From Vicinamibacteria bacterium (lineage in GTDB: Bacteria; Acidobacteriota; Vicinamibacteria; Marinacidobacterales; Marinacidobacteraceae): DNA of 64,000 nt. Every line of letters begins with the position of its first letter. Positions within the stretch are counted from its first letter, which is position 1. Below the pieces are notes generated by a model. The model did not search any database. It saw only the letters and a program-made list of their open reading frames with translations, and was not told the DNA's origin. Location: assembly GCA_963668695.2 (NCBI GenBank), contig CAXXLQ010000004.1, positions 2,016,001 through 2,080,000 on the forward strand, written 5' to 3'. The position numbers and the translations under genes were made by a program. Positions 9,922 to 21,000 of the stretch are shown in pieces.

Positions 9922-11040
9922 GCCCGCGGCCGACGGGCGGATCGCCGCGGCCTACTACTGACTGCCCTACTACTGACTGCTCTGGCGGGCGCCGTTTTGG
10001 GGCTCTCCTGCGACGCGCGTCTCTATCTCTACATTCATGCCGGCCGGGAGACGCTGCTGCCCGGCCGCGCGTACGGTGACGCCCTGGTCACCCAGGGATA
10101 TCTGGCATCCGTGCCCCCCGGCAGGGGGCTTCCGCCGGGGGAGCCTCCCCGCCGCTTCGTTCTCCGGCATCCGTTCCGCTTTCCCGATTGGAACGGCACC
10201 CTGGTCATCGGCGCCCACCGCGGCCTCGGGGGCATCCGGCGCGGTCCGGGCGGCGCCGAACTCGGGAGTGGTGAGACCGAACTGGACGATCTGGTGGGCT
10301 GGTGGGCGCTCGATCAGGGGTTTGCCTGGGCGAGCTTCGACCGGGCGGGGCTCGGGGCGGGACCCGATGCGTACCGGCTCACCGAAGCGTTCGCCCGGCT
10401 GATGTTCGACCAGATCCGGCCGCGCCTGGCGCTGGAGCCCGAGCGCACCATCCTCCTCGGTTACGGGGAGGGGGGCGGGCTCGCGCGGCACGCCGCCGCC
10501 GCTGAGGAGGAAACTCTCGACGGGGTGGTCCTGGTCGCCGCCACTCTGGGTGACCCCGAGGGGGCGGCCCGCCGGCGCGCCGCCCGCCTCGCCCTCGCGG
10601 CGGAACGGGAAGCAAGCGAGGCCGGCCTTGCCGCCTACGCGGCGGCTGCCGGAGTCGGTACGGAGGGGAGCCGGTTCTGGCCCTTCTACGACGCCGCCGC
10701 CACTGCCCCGAGTCCGGTGTTGCCGGCGCCGCCCTCGACTCTCCGGCGCCCGGTCGTCGAGGTGGTGGGGGCGCTCGACGATTTCGTGCTGCCCGAGGTG
10801 CTCTCCTACCGCGATCGCGTCCAGGCGGCCGGCACGGCGGAGCTGCACGAACTGCGCCTGGTAGAGGGGGCCTGGCGGGTCGGACCGGGAGACGACGCAG
10901 TCGACGAGATCCAGGCCTGGGCGGAGGAACTCGGTTTGTCCGCGGCCGACCGCGCCGCTCTCGCCACCGGCAGGAGTCTGGCGCCCGAAGTCAGAAAAGC
11001 CCTGTCGGACCTCGACGCGCGCCTCCGTGAACCCACTTAG
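9880..11040 (+). CDS. Hypothetical alpha/beta-hydrolase-like exported protein
   Basis: 386-aa ORF; hydrophobic N-terminus ending LSC; WNGTLVI and ILLGYGEGG (nucleophile-elbow-like, no Ser); start uncertain. Confidence 0.6.
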   Translation: MRPSGFRGTPGLFFARGRRADRRGLLLTALLLTALAGAVLGLSCDARLYLYIHAGRETLLPGRAYGDALVTQGYLASVPPGRGLPPGEPPRRFVLRHPFRFPDWNGTLVIGAHRGLGGIRRGPGGAELGSGETELDDLVGWWALDQGFAWASFDRAGLGAGPDAYRLTEAFARLMFDQIRPRLALEPERTILLGYGEGGGLARHAAAAEEETLDGVVLVAATLGDPEGAARRRAARLALAAEREASEAGLAAYAAAAGVGTEGSRFWPFYDAAATAPSPVLPAPPSTLRRPVVEVVGALDDFVLPEVLSYRDRVQAAGTAELHELRLVEGAWRVGPGDDAVDEIQAWAEELGLSAADRAALATGRSLAPEVRKALSDLDARLREPT

Positions 11041-12322
11041 TAGCCGGTTGGCGCCGAAGGCAAGGACGCCGCGGCCGGCGCGGGCCTTCGCCGTCCTGCT
11101 CGGCGGAGCGATGCTTGCCTCGACCGCCTATCTCCTGGTCCTGTCGATCACGCCGCTCCTGTCCCGCCGGTATCTCCCCGATTCTTCGTGGATCGGCCTT
11201 CCGAACGCCGCCCTGATTCTGGGCGTGGCGGCTGGAACTCCGCTCCTGACCTGGCTCTTCGCGCGCCGGGGCAGGCCCTTTTCCCTGGGTCTGGGCCTCA
11301 GTGTGGCCGCCTGCGCCGCCGTAGGCCTGGCGCTCTCGGCGTGGTGGGAAGCGGGTTTCCTGGTCCACTTCGGCGTGAGCCTGATGCTCGGCTGCGGATA
11401 CGCCGGCTATCACCTGACCCGCTATACGGCGGCGCTGCTGGTCCCGGCGAGTCGGAGCGGAAGGGCGATCGGGCTCGTGGTCTGGGTGGCCGTGGCCGGT
11501 GCCTTCGTCGCGCCGCTCATTTTCGGGTGGATCGAGCGAATCGTCGCGCCCCGCGGGAGCGAGGCGTTTTCGCTTACCTATCTGTGCGCCGCAGCCTTGT
11601 TTGGGCTCGCCGCCGTCCTGTTCCTGCGCAGCCGGTCGCTTCGGGCGCGGCGTGCGCTCGGGGTCCGCCCGGTCGAACCGAAGCGGGAACGGGTCCCTCA
11701 GCCATCCGAATCGTCAGCGCTCGGGCGGACTTTCCGGCTCGCCGTCGTCTCGCTGGTTACGGCGCAGTCGGGGATGATGGTCCTCATGACGATGGCCCCG
11801 CTTCAGATGATGGGAAGCGGGGGTTCCCTTTCCGGGCTCGGAGCGATGATGGGCGCCCATAATCTGGGCATGTTCGCCCTGTCTCCCGTGGTCGGCATCC
11901 TGTGCGATCGCTTCGGCGAGCGTCCCATCATCGCGCTCGGCGGCGCGACGCTGGTTGCGGCGGGGCTCCTGGCCGCGTTTGGTCCCGGCCACGGGGTCGG
12001 GCTCGGCGTCGCGCTCTATCTCGTGGGTCTCGGCTGGTGTCTGGCCTTCGTGGCCGCGAGCACCCTGCTTTCGGAGGGGCCGGACTCACCGGCCAAGGTA
12101 CGGCGGCAGGGCTTCGCGGACGCGCTCAACTGGCTGATTGCCGCCGTCGCCTGCGTCACTTCGGGCGCCCTCATGACGCAGTTCGGATTTCAGGCCGTCG
12201 CTTTTGCGTGCGTGACGCTGGGCCTGGTCTCCCTCGCCGCCGCCCTCGCCGGCTTCGCCCACCCCTCTCCCGAACGTCACGCTCGTCAGGTGGTTCCCGG
12301 ACGGGACCACGAACTGGAGTAG
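11027..12322 (+). CDS. MFS transporter
   Basis: About 12 hydrophobic segments; GILCDRFGER motif-A-like sequence. Confidence 0.88.
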   Translation: MNPLSSRLAPKARTPRPARAFAVLLGGAMLASTAYLLVLSITPLLSRRYLPDSSWIGLPNAALILGVAAGTPLLTWLFARRGRPFSLGLGLSVAACAAVGLALSAWWEAGFLVHFGVSLMLGCGYAGYHLTRYTAALLVPASRSGRAIGLVVWVAVAGAFVAPLIFGWIERIVAPRGSEAFSLTYLCAAALFGLAAVLFLRSRSLRARRALGVRPVEPKRERVPQPSESSALGRTFRLAVVSLVTAQSGMMVLMTMAPLQMMGSGGSLSGLGAMMGAHNLGMFALSPVVGILCDRFGERPIIALGGATLVAAGLLAAFGPGHGVGLGVALYLVGLGWCLAFVAASTLLSEGPDSPAKVRRQGFADALNWLIAAVACVTSGALMTQFGFQAVAFACVTLGLVSLAAALAGFAHPSPERHARQVVPGRDHELE

Positions 12323-12622
12323 ATCCGGATCGTTAACCTGGATTCGGTTGGGGCCCCGTCCGGGAAGCCCGGCGCTGCGCGCCGGGCTTCCGAAGTGCGG
12401 CGAGAGCCGCGCGGAGACCCCGGAGCGGGAGGGGTTGGGGTCGGGGGACCCGACTCCCAGCCGCTCCTGGCTCGGGAATCGGAACTCCCTTGCGCGCTCA
12501 AGCGCGCGGCGGCGAGTCCCGATTCGACGTTTTCTGATTGTGAGAGGGGGAGTTCCCCCTTTCACACTTTCCCCCGAACATGCGGGCGGTTCACCCTGCG
12601 GGTTCGCCGCCATCAGTTTTTT
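12290..12622 (-). repeat. Structured repeat family E, copy 1 (extra ~95-bp insert)
   Basis: Reverse complement has aaaaaactgatggcggcgaac, gtgaaaggggg..cccc, gaatcgggactc...gagttccgattc, ccggcgcgcagcgccgg and terminal long hairpin. Confidence 0.75.
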
Positions 12623-12826
12623 CGGACGGGAGTCCCCGCCACCCCCACCTCTGACCCTCCCAACCTTGGTGTGACCGCATCTCCCAGTGCGCTCCGCCAA
12701 TCCGCGTCACGACGCACACCAGGCTGACACCGCCACTCATCCCCAATTGGAGCGCCGGTCTGAAGGCCCTCTCCGGGAGGACTGACTGGCGCTCCCTCAT
12801 CCCCCCACCCGGGAAGGCCCCACCCC

Positions 12827-13351
12827 CTACAAGTACCGATCCTCCAGCACCCGGCGGTGATGGATCGCGTGGCCCACCGTCAGAAAGCAGATGGCGCGCA
12901 CCGTGGCGCGGGCGCCGCTCGCTTCCCCGCTCCGGCCGAGGGCGGTCTCGTCGAAAGAGCGCATCAGACTCACCGTCGCGTGGCGGATCGTCTCCAGTTC
13001 ATCGAGAAGCGAGGCCAGGGAACGCCCGCGGTGTCCGGAGTTGGCCACGTAGGGATCCTGTTCCATCCCGGGTAGCGAAGTGTCGTCGCCCCGGGCGAAG
13101 CGCAACGCACGCACCGACATGATCCGCTCCACGTCGGCGATGTGGCCGACGACCTCCCGAATGGACCACTTCCCGGGCGCATAGCCCCGCGAGGAAGCGT
13201 CCTCCGATACACCCGCGAGGAGCGCGCGGAGCGTCGCCATTTCCTTGAGCGCACTTCCCGGAAGATCGCCGCCCTCCGGCACCAGGCGGATGTAGTTCCG
13301 GTAGTAGTCGGCGCACTCATCAGGCTGGGGTGGGGTCCACATGTCTTTCAT
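12827..13351 (-). CDS. DinB family protein
   Basis: YAPGKWSIREVVGHIADVER and GHAIHH motifs. Confidence 0.88.
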   Translation of the reverse strand: MKDMWTPPQPDECADYYRNYIRLVPEGGDLPGSALKEMATLRALLAGVSEDASSRGYAPGKWSIREVVGHIADVERIMSVRALRFARGDDTSLPGMEQDPYVANSGHRGRSLASLLDELETIRHATVSLMRSFDETALGRSGEASGARATVRAICFLTVGHAIHHRRVLEDRYL

Positions 13352-13405
13352 CGTAAGCGAACCGCTGCCGGTACTATCCAGCGCCACCTCCGGAGGATCC
13401 TTCCC

Positions 13406-13888
13406 ATGCGTTCTTTCTCTTCTCCCGTTTTTCTCGGCTGCGCCCTGCTGTCGCTCCTGGCGCTTTCCTGCACCGGGCCGGTGAACGTGGACATGGAAGT
13501 CCCGAAGCCCGAGAAATCCCGCCTGGACGGGCGCATTCCTCCCGTCGGCCCGTATTCCGCGGGAATCGAGTATGGGGACATCGTCTTCCTCGCCGGCCAG
13601 ATCGCCCTCAATCACGAGGGCGGCGGGCTCGTCGAGGGCGGAATCGCCGAGCAGACCCACCAGGTCATGCAGAACCTGCAGGCCGTTCTCGAGGAGGCCG
13701 GACTCGGTTTCGGGGACGTGGTCCGAAGCGGCGTCTTTCTCGCCGACGTGAACGATTTCGGGGCGATGAACGAGGTGTACGCCTCCTACTTCCCCGAGGG
13801 TGGGATTCCGCCGGTGCGCACTACGGTGGCGGTGGCCGACATCCCGCTCGGCGCGCTCCTCGAAATCGACATGATCGCGGTGCGCTGA
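13406..13888 (+). CDS. RidA/YjgF family protein with lipoprotein signal
   Basis: GPYS, LAGQI, DFGAMNEVY, PVRTTV, LLEID; GGAGG RBS; N-terminal LLSLLALSC. Confidence 0.85.
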   Translation: MRSFSSPVFLGCALLSLLALSCTGPVNVDMEVPKPEKSRLDGRIPPVGPYSAGIEYGDIVFLAGQIALNHEGGGLVEGGIAEQTHQVMQNLQAVLEEAGLGFGDVVRSGVFLADVNDFGAMNEVYASYFPEGGIPPVRTTVAVADIPLGALLEIDMIAVR

Positions 13889-13927
13889 TCGGCCGGCAAA
13901 CGGTCACCCGCCACCCACCGGCTGCCA

Positions 13928-14145
13928 GCAGCCGGTGGATAAAGTGGCGTGAGCGCCGAGGCTGGCCAGTTCTCCCGGTGGGGGCGAGGCGCCCGGCTGA
14001 CAAGGCGTGCAAGGGAGGAGCCCCCACCGGGAGAACTGGCCCGAGTGTATTTCGACCGAAGCGCAACGCAGAGCGCCTCGAAGAGGCGCGGTTCAGCCGG
14101 GATGAATCGCCCGCCGAACGCCGCGTGACTTTGTCCACCGGCTGC
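13928..14145. mobile_element. MITE family A copy with two 20-nt modules
   Basis: GCAGCCGGTGGATAAAGT...ACTTTGTCCACCGGCTGC ends; modules at 13966 (+) and 14020 (-). Confidence 0.8.
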
Positions 14146-14159
14146 TAGTCTCCCGTCCC

Positions 14160-15482
14160 GTGACCGGCGGCAACGGAGGTCCGGGCCGGGGGCTCGGCCT
14201 TTCCCTCTGGACCGCCGCCATGTTCGTGGTGGCGAACATGATCGGGACCGGGGTCTTCACGAGCCTTGGCTTCCAGGTCGCCGCGGTCCCCTCCGAGTTC
14301 CCCGCGCTTCTCCTCTGGGTTGTGGGGGGCCTCGTCGCCCTCGCCGGGGCGCTGGTCTATGGCGAACTCGGGGCGGCGCTTCCCCGTTCCGGCGGGGAGT
14401 ACAACCTGCTCCGCCGGAGTTTTCACCCCGCTGCCGGCTTCGCTGCCGGCTGCGTTTCGGCCACTATGGGATTTGCGGCGCCCACCGCCCTCGCGGCGGT
14501 GGCGATGGCCACCTATCTGCGGCCGTTGTTCCCGGGGATAGAACCCGTCCACTTCGCCGCGGTGGTCGTCGTGGCGTTCACCGCCGTCCACTCCCTGCCG
14601 GTCCGCTGGGGCAGCGGGATCAACAACCTCCTGACCGCCGCCAAGATCGTGCTGGTCATCGCCTTCTGCTGCATGGGGTTCCTGGCCGGGGGGATCTCGA
14701 CGCCGCTGGTCCCGAAGCCGGGCGACTTCGGGCTCCTGCTCAGTCCGGGCTTCGCCGTGTCCCTGGTGTTCGTCTCCTACGCCTATACCGGGTGGAACGC
14801 CGCCGTGTACATCGTCGGGGACCTGAAACGCCCCGAACGCCTCGCCCGGGCCCTGGTGGCGGGCACGCTGCTGGTCACCGTCCTCTATTTCCTGGTCAAT
14901 CTCGTCATCCTGCGCGCGGTCCCCCTCGACGAACTCGCCGGGAGGATCGAGATCGGCTACCTGGCTGCCGAACGCATCCTGGGAGCCGCCGGGGGCCGGG
15001 TGATGGCCGCCGTGCTCGGCCTCGTCCTCGCGTCCACGGTAAGCGCGATGGTGTTCCTCGGACCGCGGGTGGTGCGCGCGATGGGGGAGGACGAGCCGTT
15101 CCTCAGGCCCCTCGGCCGCGTCGGCGCGGGCGGCATTCCCCACCGGGCCCTGTTGCTGCAACTCGCCATCACCCTCGTGCTCCTCTATTCCGGGACCTTC
15201 GAGCAGATCCTGCTCTACGCCGGCTTCACCCTGAACCTGGTGACGGCGGCCGCCGTCGCGGGCGTCTTCCGCCTGCGCGCCGGAAGGATTCCGGACGCCG
15301 TCCCCGGCCGTTTCCGGACCCCGCTCTATCCCCTCGTCCCCCTCTTCTTCCTCGGGATGAGTGGCTGGACCCTCGGCTACACGCTCCTCGAACGGCCCGC
15401 GGAATCCCTGCTCGGGCTCGCCACCGCCGCGGGCGGCGCCGTTATCTACCTGATCGCCAAGCGGGGGTCAGCGCCCGCGTAG
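14160..15482 (+). CDS. APC-family amino acid permease
   Basis: MIGTGVF, YGELGAALPRSGGEY, YAYTGWN motifs. Confidence 0.92.
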   Translation: MTGGNGGPGRGLGLSLWTAAMFVVANMIGTGVFTSLGFQVAAVPSEFPALLLWVVGGLVALAGALVYGELGAALPRSGGEYNLLRRSFHPAAGFAAGCVSATMGFAAPTALAAVAMATYLRPLFPGIEPVHFAAVVVVAFTAVHSLPVRWGSGINNLLTAAKIVLVIAFCCMGFLAGGISTPLVPKPGDFGLLLSPGFAVSLVFVSYAYTGWNAAVYIVGDLKRPERLARALVAGTLLVTVLYFLVNLVILRAVPLDELAGRIEIGYLAAERILGAAGGRVMAAVLGLVLASTVSAMVFLGPRVVRAMGEDEPFLRPLGRVGAGGIPHRALLLQLAITLVLLYSGTFEQILLYAGFTLNLVTAAAVAGVFRLRAGRIPDAVPGRFRTPLYPLVPLFFLGMSGWTLGYTLLERPAESLLGLATAAGGAVIYLIAKRGSAPA

Positions 15483-15600
15483 GAGCGCCGGCCAGTTCTC
15501 CCGGTGGGGGCCTTCAGACCGGCATCGCGGCCGAAGGCCGCGAAACTCCCGCTGCCCGACTCCCTCAAGTCGCGTCCAACCCCGGGGATGGTTCCGCGCT
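15479..15600 (+). repeat. REP-like family C copy with 20-nt module
   Basis: gTAGGAGCGCCGG[module]cttcagaCCGGC atcgcggccgaaggccgcgaaactccc; near-identical to 39525-39648; overlaps permease stop. Confidence 0.75.
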
Positions 15601-15612
15601 GGGGGTAATGCC

Positions 15613-16338
15613 CTACAGCCGGCGGCGCGGGTTGATCATTGTCCGCCACATGTGGGAGGACGGGCTGTTGTCGTACCCCAGCCCTTCCTTCGGCTGCTTG
15701 AAGTGCCGGCCGATGATGTCCACGAACGGGTCGATGGACACCTTGGCGCCCCGCTCGAAGCTGTAGTCGTCGTGGATGGTGATGGAGCGCGCTTCCATGT
15801 ACCACTTGTGGTTGCGGGCGTAGTCGTGCGCGGCCTTGATGTACGGCTCGGGCTCGTGGTCGGCGCCGAACATCCGCACGTACATCTCCGGGTACTCGTA
15901 GTCCACCGACGGGTCGGGGAAGAACCGGAGCGCCTGGTGGTAGCGGATGGCCCAGGCCACTTTTTCGGGAACGTACGGCTCGATCATCTGGGCGCACCAC
16001 CAGCCGTGGTCCGCGCGCACCAGGTTCGTCACCGAGATGTCGTGGAGCAGGCAGGCGAGGACGATCTCCTCGCTCATCCCGTGCTTCATCGCACGGGTCG
16101 CGCTTTGCAGCACGTGGGAGGCCGGCGCGAACCGGTGCTCGTAGAAGTCCACGAGCGTCGGCTTGGCGGGCATCACCGAGAGCGGCTCTTCTCCCTCGGC
16201 CTTCGAGAGCGGCGGTCGCTCGGGCGCTTCCAGCAGGTGGATCATCTCGTGCTCGAGCGCTTCCGCCCGGTCGTTAACGCCCACGATGCCGGCGCCGCTC
16301 ACCGCGGCCGCCGCCTTCAGAAAGAGTCTGCGGTCCAT
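15613..16338 (-). CDS. HD-domain protein with Tat signal
   Basis: MDRRLFLK signal; HVLQSA...ACLLHDI...DHG HD motifs. Confidence 0.8.
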   Translation of the reverse strand: MDRRLFLKAAAAVSGAGIVGVNDRAEALEHEMIHLLEAPERPPLSKAEGEEPLSVMPAKPTLVDFYEHRFAPASHVLQSATRAMKHGMSEEIVLACLLHDISVTNLVRADHGWWCAQMIEPYVPEKVAWAIRYHQALRFFPDPSVDYEYPEMYVRMFGADHEPEPYIKAAHDYARNHKWYMEARSITIHDDYSFERGAKVSIDPFVDIIGRHFKQPKEGLGYDNSPSSHMWRTMINPRRRL

Positions 16339-16430
16339 GTCGTTCGCCTCCTGACGGACTGGCGCGTCACGGACCCGGTCTACGAGCAGGGAGCCCGGCC
16401 AGCCGTCGGTGCCCTAGTATAGAAAATCTG

Positions 16431-17642
16431 ATGCCGCCAACTCCGATCGTTCCGCCGTCGCCCGGTGAGACGTTGCAACTGCCGTCCCGCCGCCGCGTCC
16501 TCGGCGCCGCCGCGCAACTCGCGTCCGGTCTCGCTGTCGGGGCCGCCTCGGCCTGCGCCGGCCGGCCGGTCCCGCCGTCCCGGACCAGTCCCGATCCGCT
16601 CCCGGCTCCGGCGTTTCGCCTGCCGGCGGTCAACGTTTCCCGGGACCGGGTCATCCGCACGGTGGTCGGTCTCCGTCCCTATCGCCCCTCGGGGTTCCGC
16701 GTCCAGCAGCAGGACCTCGGCGGCGGCCGCCTCCTGGTCCACAACTATGGCCACGGCGGGGCCGGCGTGACCCTGTCCTGGGGCACCTCCTGGCTCGCTG
16801 TCGAGGAACTTCTCGGCGAAAGCCCGCCCCCGTCGCGGGCCGCGGTGATCGGTTGCGGCGCCGTCGGGCTGGCCACCGCCCGCCTGCTGCAGCGGCGCGG
16901 CGTGGACGTGACGATCTATACGAAGGATCTGCCGCCGAACACGACCTCGAACGTGGCCTGCGCCCAGTGGGGTCCCTACTCGGTGTCGGACGCCCGGGTT
17001 CACACCGACGCGTTTCAGGACCGCCTCGAACGGGCCGCGCGGATCTCGCAGCGCATCTTCCAGGACCTGGTGGGCGTTCGCTACGGCGTCCGCTGGCTCC
17101 CGAACTATCCCTTGAGCGACGTGCCCTTCGGGGGTCCGGACCAGCCGGACCGGCTTGCGGACCTTTTCCCCGATGCTCGCGACCTGGCAGCCGGAACCCA
17201 TCCGTTCCCGGTGCGCCACGCGCGTCAATACACCACGATGATGATCGAGCCGCCGGTATATCTGGGTGCGGTGATGCAGGACTTCCAGCTCGCCGGCGGC
17301 CAGGTCCGGATCCGCGACTTTGGCTCTCTCGATGAGATTGCCGGCCTGCCCGAACGCCGCGTGGTCAACTGCACCGGCATCGGCGCCCGCGAGCTGGTCG
17401 GAGACGAGGAACTCACCCCACTCAAGGGCCAGCTCACCGTTTTGCTCCCGCAGCCCGAGATCCGCTACATCGCGCTGTACCAGGGGCTTTACATGATGCC
17501 CCGGGCGGACGGCATCCTGCTCGGCGGAACCCGGGAAGCGGGCGAGTGGTCCCTCGAACCCAACCGGGAAGCCGAGGAGCGCATCCTGAGTGGCCATGCC
17601 GACTTCTTTGGCCGGATGGCGGCGTTAGCACGCCGTGCCTGA
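16431..17642 (+). CDS. D-amino-acid-oxidase-like FAD oxidoreductase, circularly permuted, Tat-like signal
   Basis: GLRP and HNYGHGGAGVTLSWG precede VIGCGAVG; VVNCTGIGA and KGQ follow; SRRRVL signal. Confidence 0.85.
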   Translation: MPPTPIVPPSPGETLQLPSRRRVLGAAAQLASGLAVGAASACAGRPVPPSRTSPDPLPAPAFRLPAVNVSRDRVIRTVVGLRPYRPSGFRVQQQDLGGGRLLVHNYGHGGAGVTLSWGTSWLAVEELLGESPPPSRAAVIGCGAVGLATARLLQRRGVDVTIYTKDLPPNTTSNVACAQWGPYSVSDARVHTDAFQDRLERAARISQRIFQDLVGVRYGVRWLPNYPLSDVPFGGPDQPDRLADLFPDARDLAAGTHPFPVRHARQYTTMMIEPPVYLGAVMQDFQLAGGQVRIRDFGSLDEIAGLPERRVVNCTGIGARELVGDEELTPLKGQLTVLLPQPEIRYIALYQGLYMMPRADGILLGGTREAGEWSLEPNREAEERILSGHADFFGRMAALARRA

Positions 17643-18014
17643 AGGTCACCCCGCTGACCCGGTACGCCGGTTTCGGGCGAAGTTCGGCGGCAGCGATCTG
17701 GCCTGTCGTTTCCGGTTCAGTTTCTTGAATTCGTTTCTCCAGAATCCAGGCACCGGACACCTTGCGAGAAACTTGCGAGAAAAAGGTATAAAAGCAGTTC
17801 AATTCAATGACTTGGCCAGGGGCGTAGGAACCTCTGCGAACACGGTCCGCCTCTTGCCTATCGTGACTGTGGAGAAACGTGACCGAATCGCCTACAGTTT
17901 CGCACTTAGATGCGTGGACTTGTCGTTTCGACTCTTCGCGACTCAACGTGCTTGGGACTGCCCGTTCACTCGGGCTTTCTGATCATGGACTCATTCGAAT
18001 CCAGGGAGGGACTT

Positions 18015-21000
18015 ATGAGATCTTTTTTGTTTAGGACCGTTGCGTTGCTCGGCGTTCTGGGACTCGCGACGGGCGCTTTCGCCCAGACGTTCCAGGGCGG
18101 CATTCGCGGTGTGATTCGGGACGCCGACGGTGGCGTCCTTCCCGGCGTCACCGTGACGCTGAACAACCCGGACACTGGCGTGTCCCGGACCGCGGTTGCA
18201 AACGCAGTCGGGGAGTACAACTTCTCGAGCGTCCAGCCCGGCACCTTCACGCTCCGCGCTGAACTGAGCGGCTTCGCGCCGTACGTGAGCGAAGGGCTCA
18301 TCATCGGCGTTTCTTCGTTCCTGGTCTTGGACGCCACGCTCGTGATCGGTGGAATTGAAGAGACGGTGACCGTCACCGGCGAAACCCCGCTCATCGAGAC
18401 CGCGACCGCTTCGGTTGCTTCGTCCGTCACCCGGGCCGAACTCGACGTGCTGCCGACCCCGGGCCGGAACGTGTTCATCCTCGCGGTGGGCACGCCGAAC
18501 GTGGTCCACACCGGCAACCCGGTATGGGTGAAGCAGTCCGACCAGACGAACTCGTCCCTCCTCTCGCTGGGCGGCGGACCGCTCCGCGGCAACAACTACA
18601 CCGTGGACGGCGTCTCGACGACCGACCTCCGAAACCGCACCGCGATCATCCCGATCTTCGACGCGGTTCAGGAAATGAAGGTCCAGATCAACACCTACGA
18701 CGCCGAAATGGGCCGCACCGGCGGCGGCGTCTTCAACGTGATCGCCCGTGGCGGCACGAACAACTGGGCCGGCGGCGGCACCTGGCAGAAGCGCCCGGGC
18801 AAAGTGGACACGCTCTGGCGCGCGCTCTCCTACACCGACCAGTTGTCCTCTGACGCCAACCCGGACAGGACGTTCGCCGACCGTCCCTTCGACCTGTGGG
18901 GCGGCTCCTTCGGCGGCCCGATCCTGTCGGACCGGACCTTCTTCTGGGCGGCGGCCGAGGGATTCGAGGATCTCCTCGCCGACAACACCGAGGTCATCAT
19001 CCCCACTTCCGCCGAGGCGGCGGGCGACTTCTCCGGGAGCGGGACGACGATCTACAACCCGTTCGACCTCGACGCGAACGGAAACCGGCGGCCCTTCCCC
19101 GGGAACGTGATCCCGTCCCACATGGTCGACCCGGCGGGCCGCGGGCTGGCGCAGTTGCTGACCAACCTGGGGCCGGGCGGTCCGATCAGCTCCTCCGGAG
19201 CCCAGGCCACGACCGCGCTCCAGGCCGACCTGAACCTGACGCACGCCTTCTCGGACAACTGGCAGTCTTCGCTGAGCTACCTGTACTACACGTCGAAGGA
19301 AGGCGCCTTCCAGCAGTACACGGACCTGCTGGGTTTGGACAGCGCCCCCGCCTACGGGATCGGCGCTGCGGACCTGCTCCGGGACGTGCACGTGGTGGCC
19401 TTCAACAACACCTTCGTGGTGGGCGACGCCTCGGTGTTGACGCTGCGCTACGGCCAGATGTACTTCAACGACTCGGTGATCAATCCGGAGTACGGCATTG
19501 ACCAGATCCGGGGCGAGCTCGGTATCCAGGGCGGCTTCCTGGATCAGATCGGCGCGCAGGACGGCTACATCAGTCAGTTCCCATCGGTCAGCGTCTCCAA
19601 CTTCGGCGACGGCGGTTCGACGCACGGCTCCTGGGGCAATACCGACACCCAGTGGTGGTCGCGTGAGGTCAGCGGCACCTACTCGATGTTCCTCGGCAAC
19701 CACACTGTGAAGTACGGCGGACAGTGGCGGCGCATGGGTCTCCACAACGCGAGTTTCAGCAACGGCTTCAGTATGAGCTTCGCGCAGAAGTTCACCCAGG
19801 GCCCGAGCCCCACCGCGCCGGACAGCGGCTCCGGGAGCGGCTTGGCTGACCTGCTGCTCGGCATCCCGAACGGCGGCAGCGCCACGATCGCCCAGGCGGC
19901 CGACGTCTTCATCGACTACTACGGTGGCTTCATCCAGGACGACTGGCGCCCGAGCCAGAACCTGGTGCTGAACCTCGGACTCCGGGTGGAGCGCGAGAGC
20001 GGCCTCATGGAGGACGACAACGGCTTCGCCGTCGGCTGGGACCGGAGCAATCCTTACCCGATGCAGGTCGGCCTGGACACGAGTCTCGAGGGGTCCCTTC
20101 CGGGCTTCCCGCTCCGCGGCGGGCTCATGTATGCGGGCCTCGACGGCAACCCCACCCACCAGTGGGATCCGCCGGGTATCAAGCTCGGACCGCGCGTCGG
20201 CTTCGCCTACACGATCAACCCCGAGACCGTCATCCGTGGCGGTTACGCGGTCTTCTGGGCGCCCTACGCAATCCCGAGCGGCGGCGGCGCGTCGAACCTC
20301 GGGACCTACGGCTACACCAACGTCACCTCCCTCGCGACCAGTGTCGACGGCAAGACCCCGCCGACGGCGACCGCTTCGAACCCGTTCCCGAACGGCATCG
20401 GGAACCCGATCGGGAATGCCAACGGCCGCTTGCAGAACATCGGCGGGAACGTGTACTTCAACGAGCAGTTCCGCGCTTCGCCCTACATCAACAAGTGGTC
20501 CCTCGACCTCCAGCGCGACATCGGCAACGACCTCGCGGTGAAGATCGGCTACGTCGGCAGCCAGGGCGCCGACATCCCCATCGGCGGCACGAACAACTCG
20601 TCCATCAACATTAACCAGTTGGCTGACCAATACCTGTCGCTGGGCGACCGGTTGAACGACGAATATCCCAACCCGTTTTACGGTGATTCGCGCTTCGGGA
20701 GTTTCTCGGGTGCGGAAACGCTGCCGCTCGGCCAGCTCCTGCGTCCGTATCCGCACTTCCGGAACGTCTTGGCCCGCCACGTGAGTTCCGGCAAGTCGCT
20801 CTATAACGCCCTCCGGGTGGAGTTCGAGAAGCGGTTCCGGGGCAACTGGGGCGCCCGGATCAACTACACCTTCACGAAGCACGAGGACAACATCTACGAG
20901 AACAACCAGTTGCTGGAGAACGAGACGAACGTCATCTACAACACGCCCGACGAGTGTGCATTCGCCAAATGCGGGCCGCTGTCGGACGCCGACTACGGCC

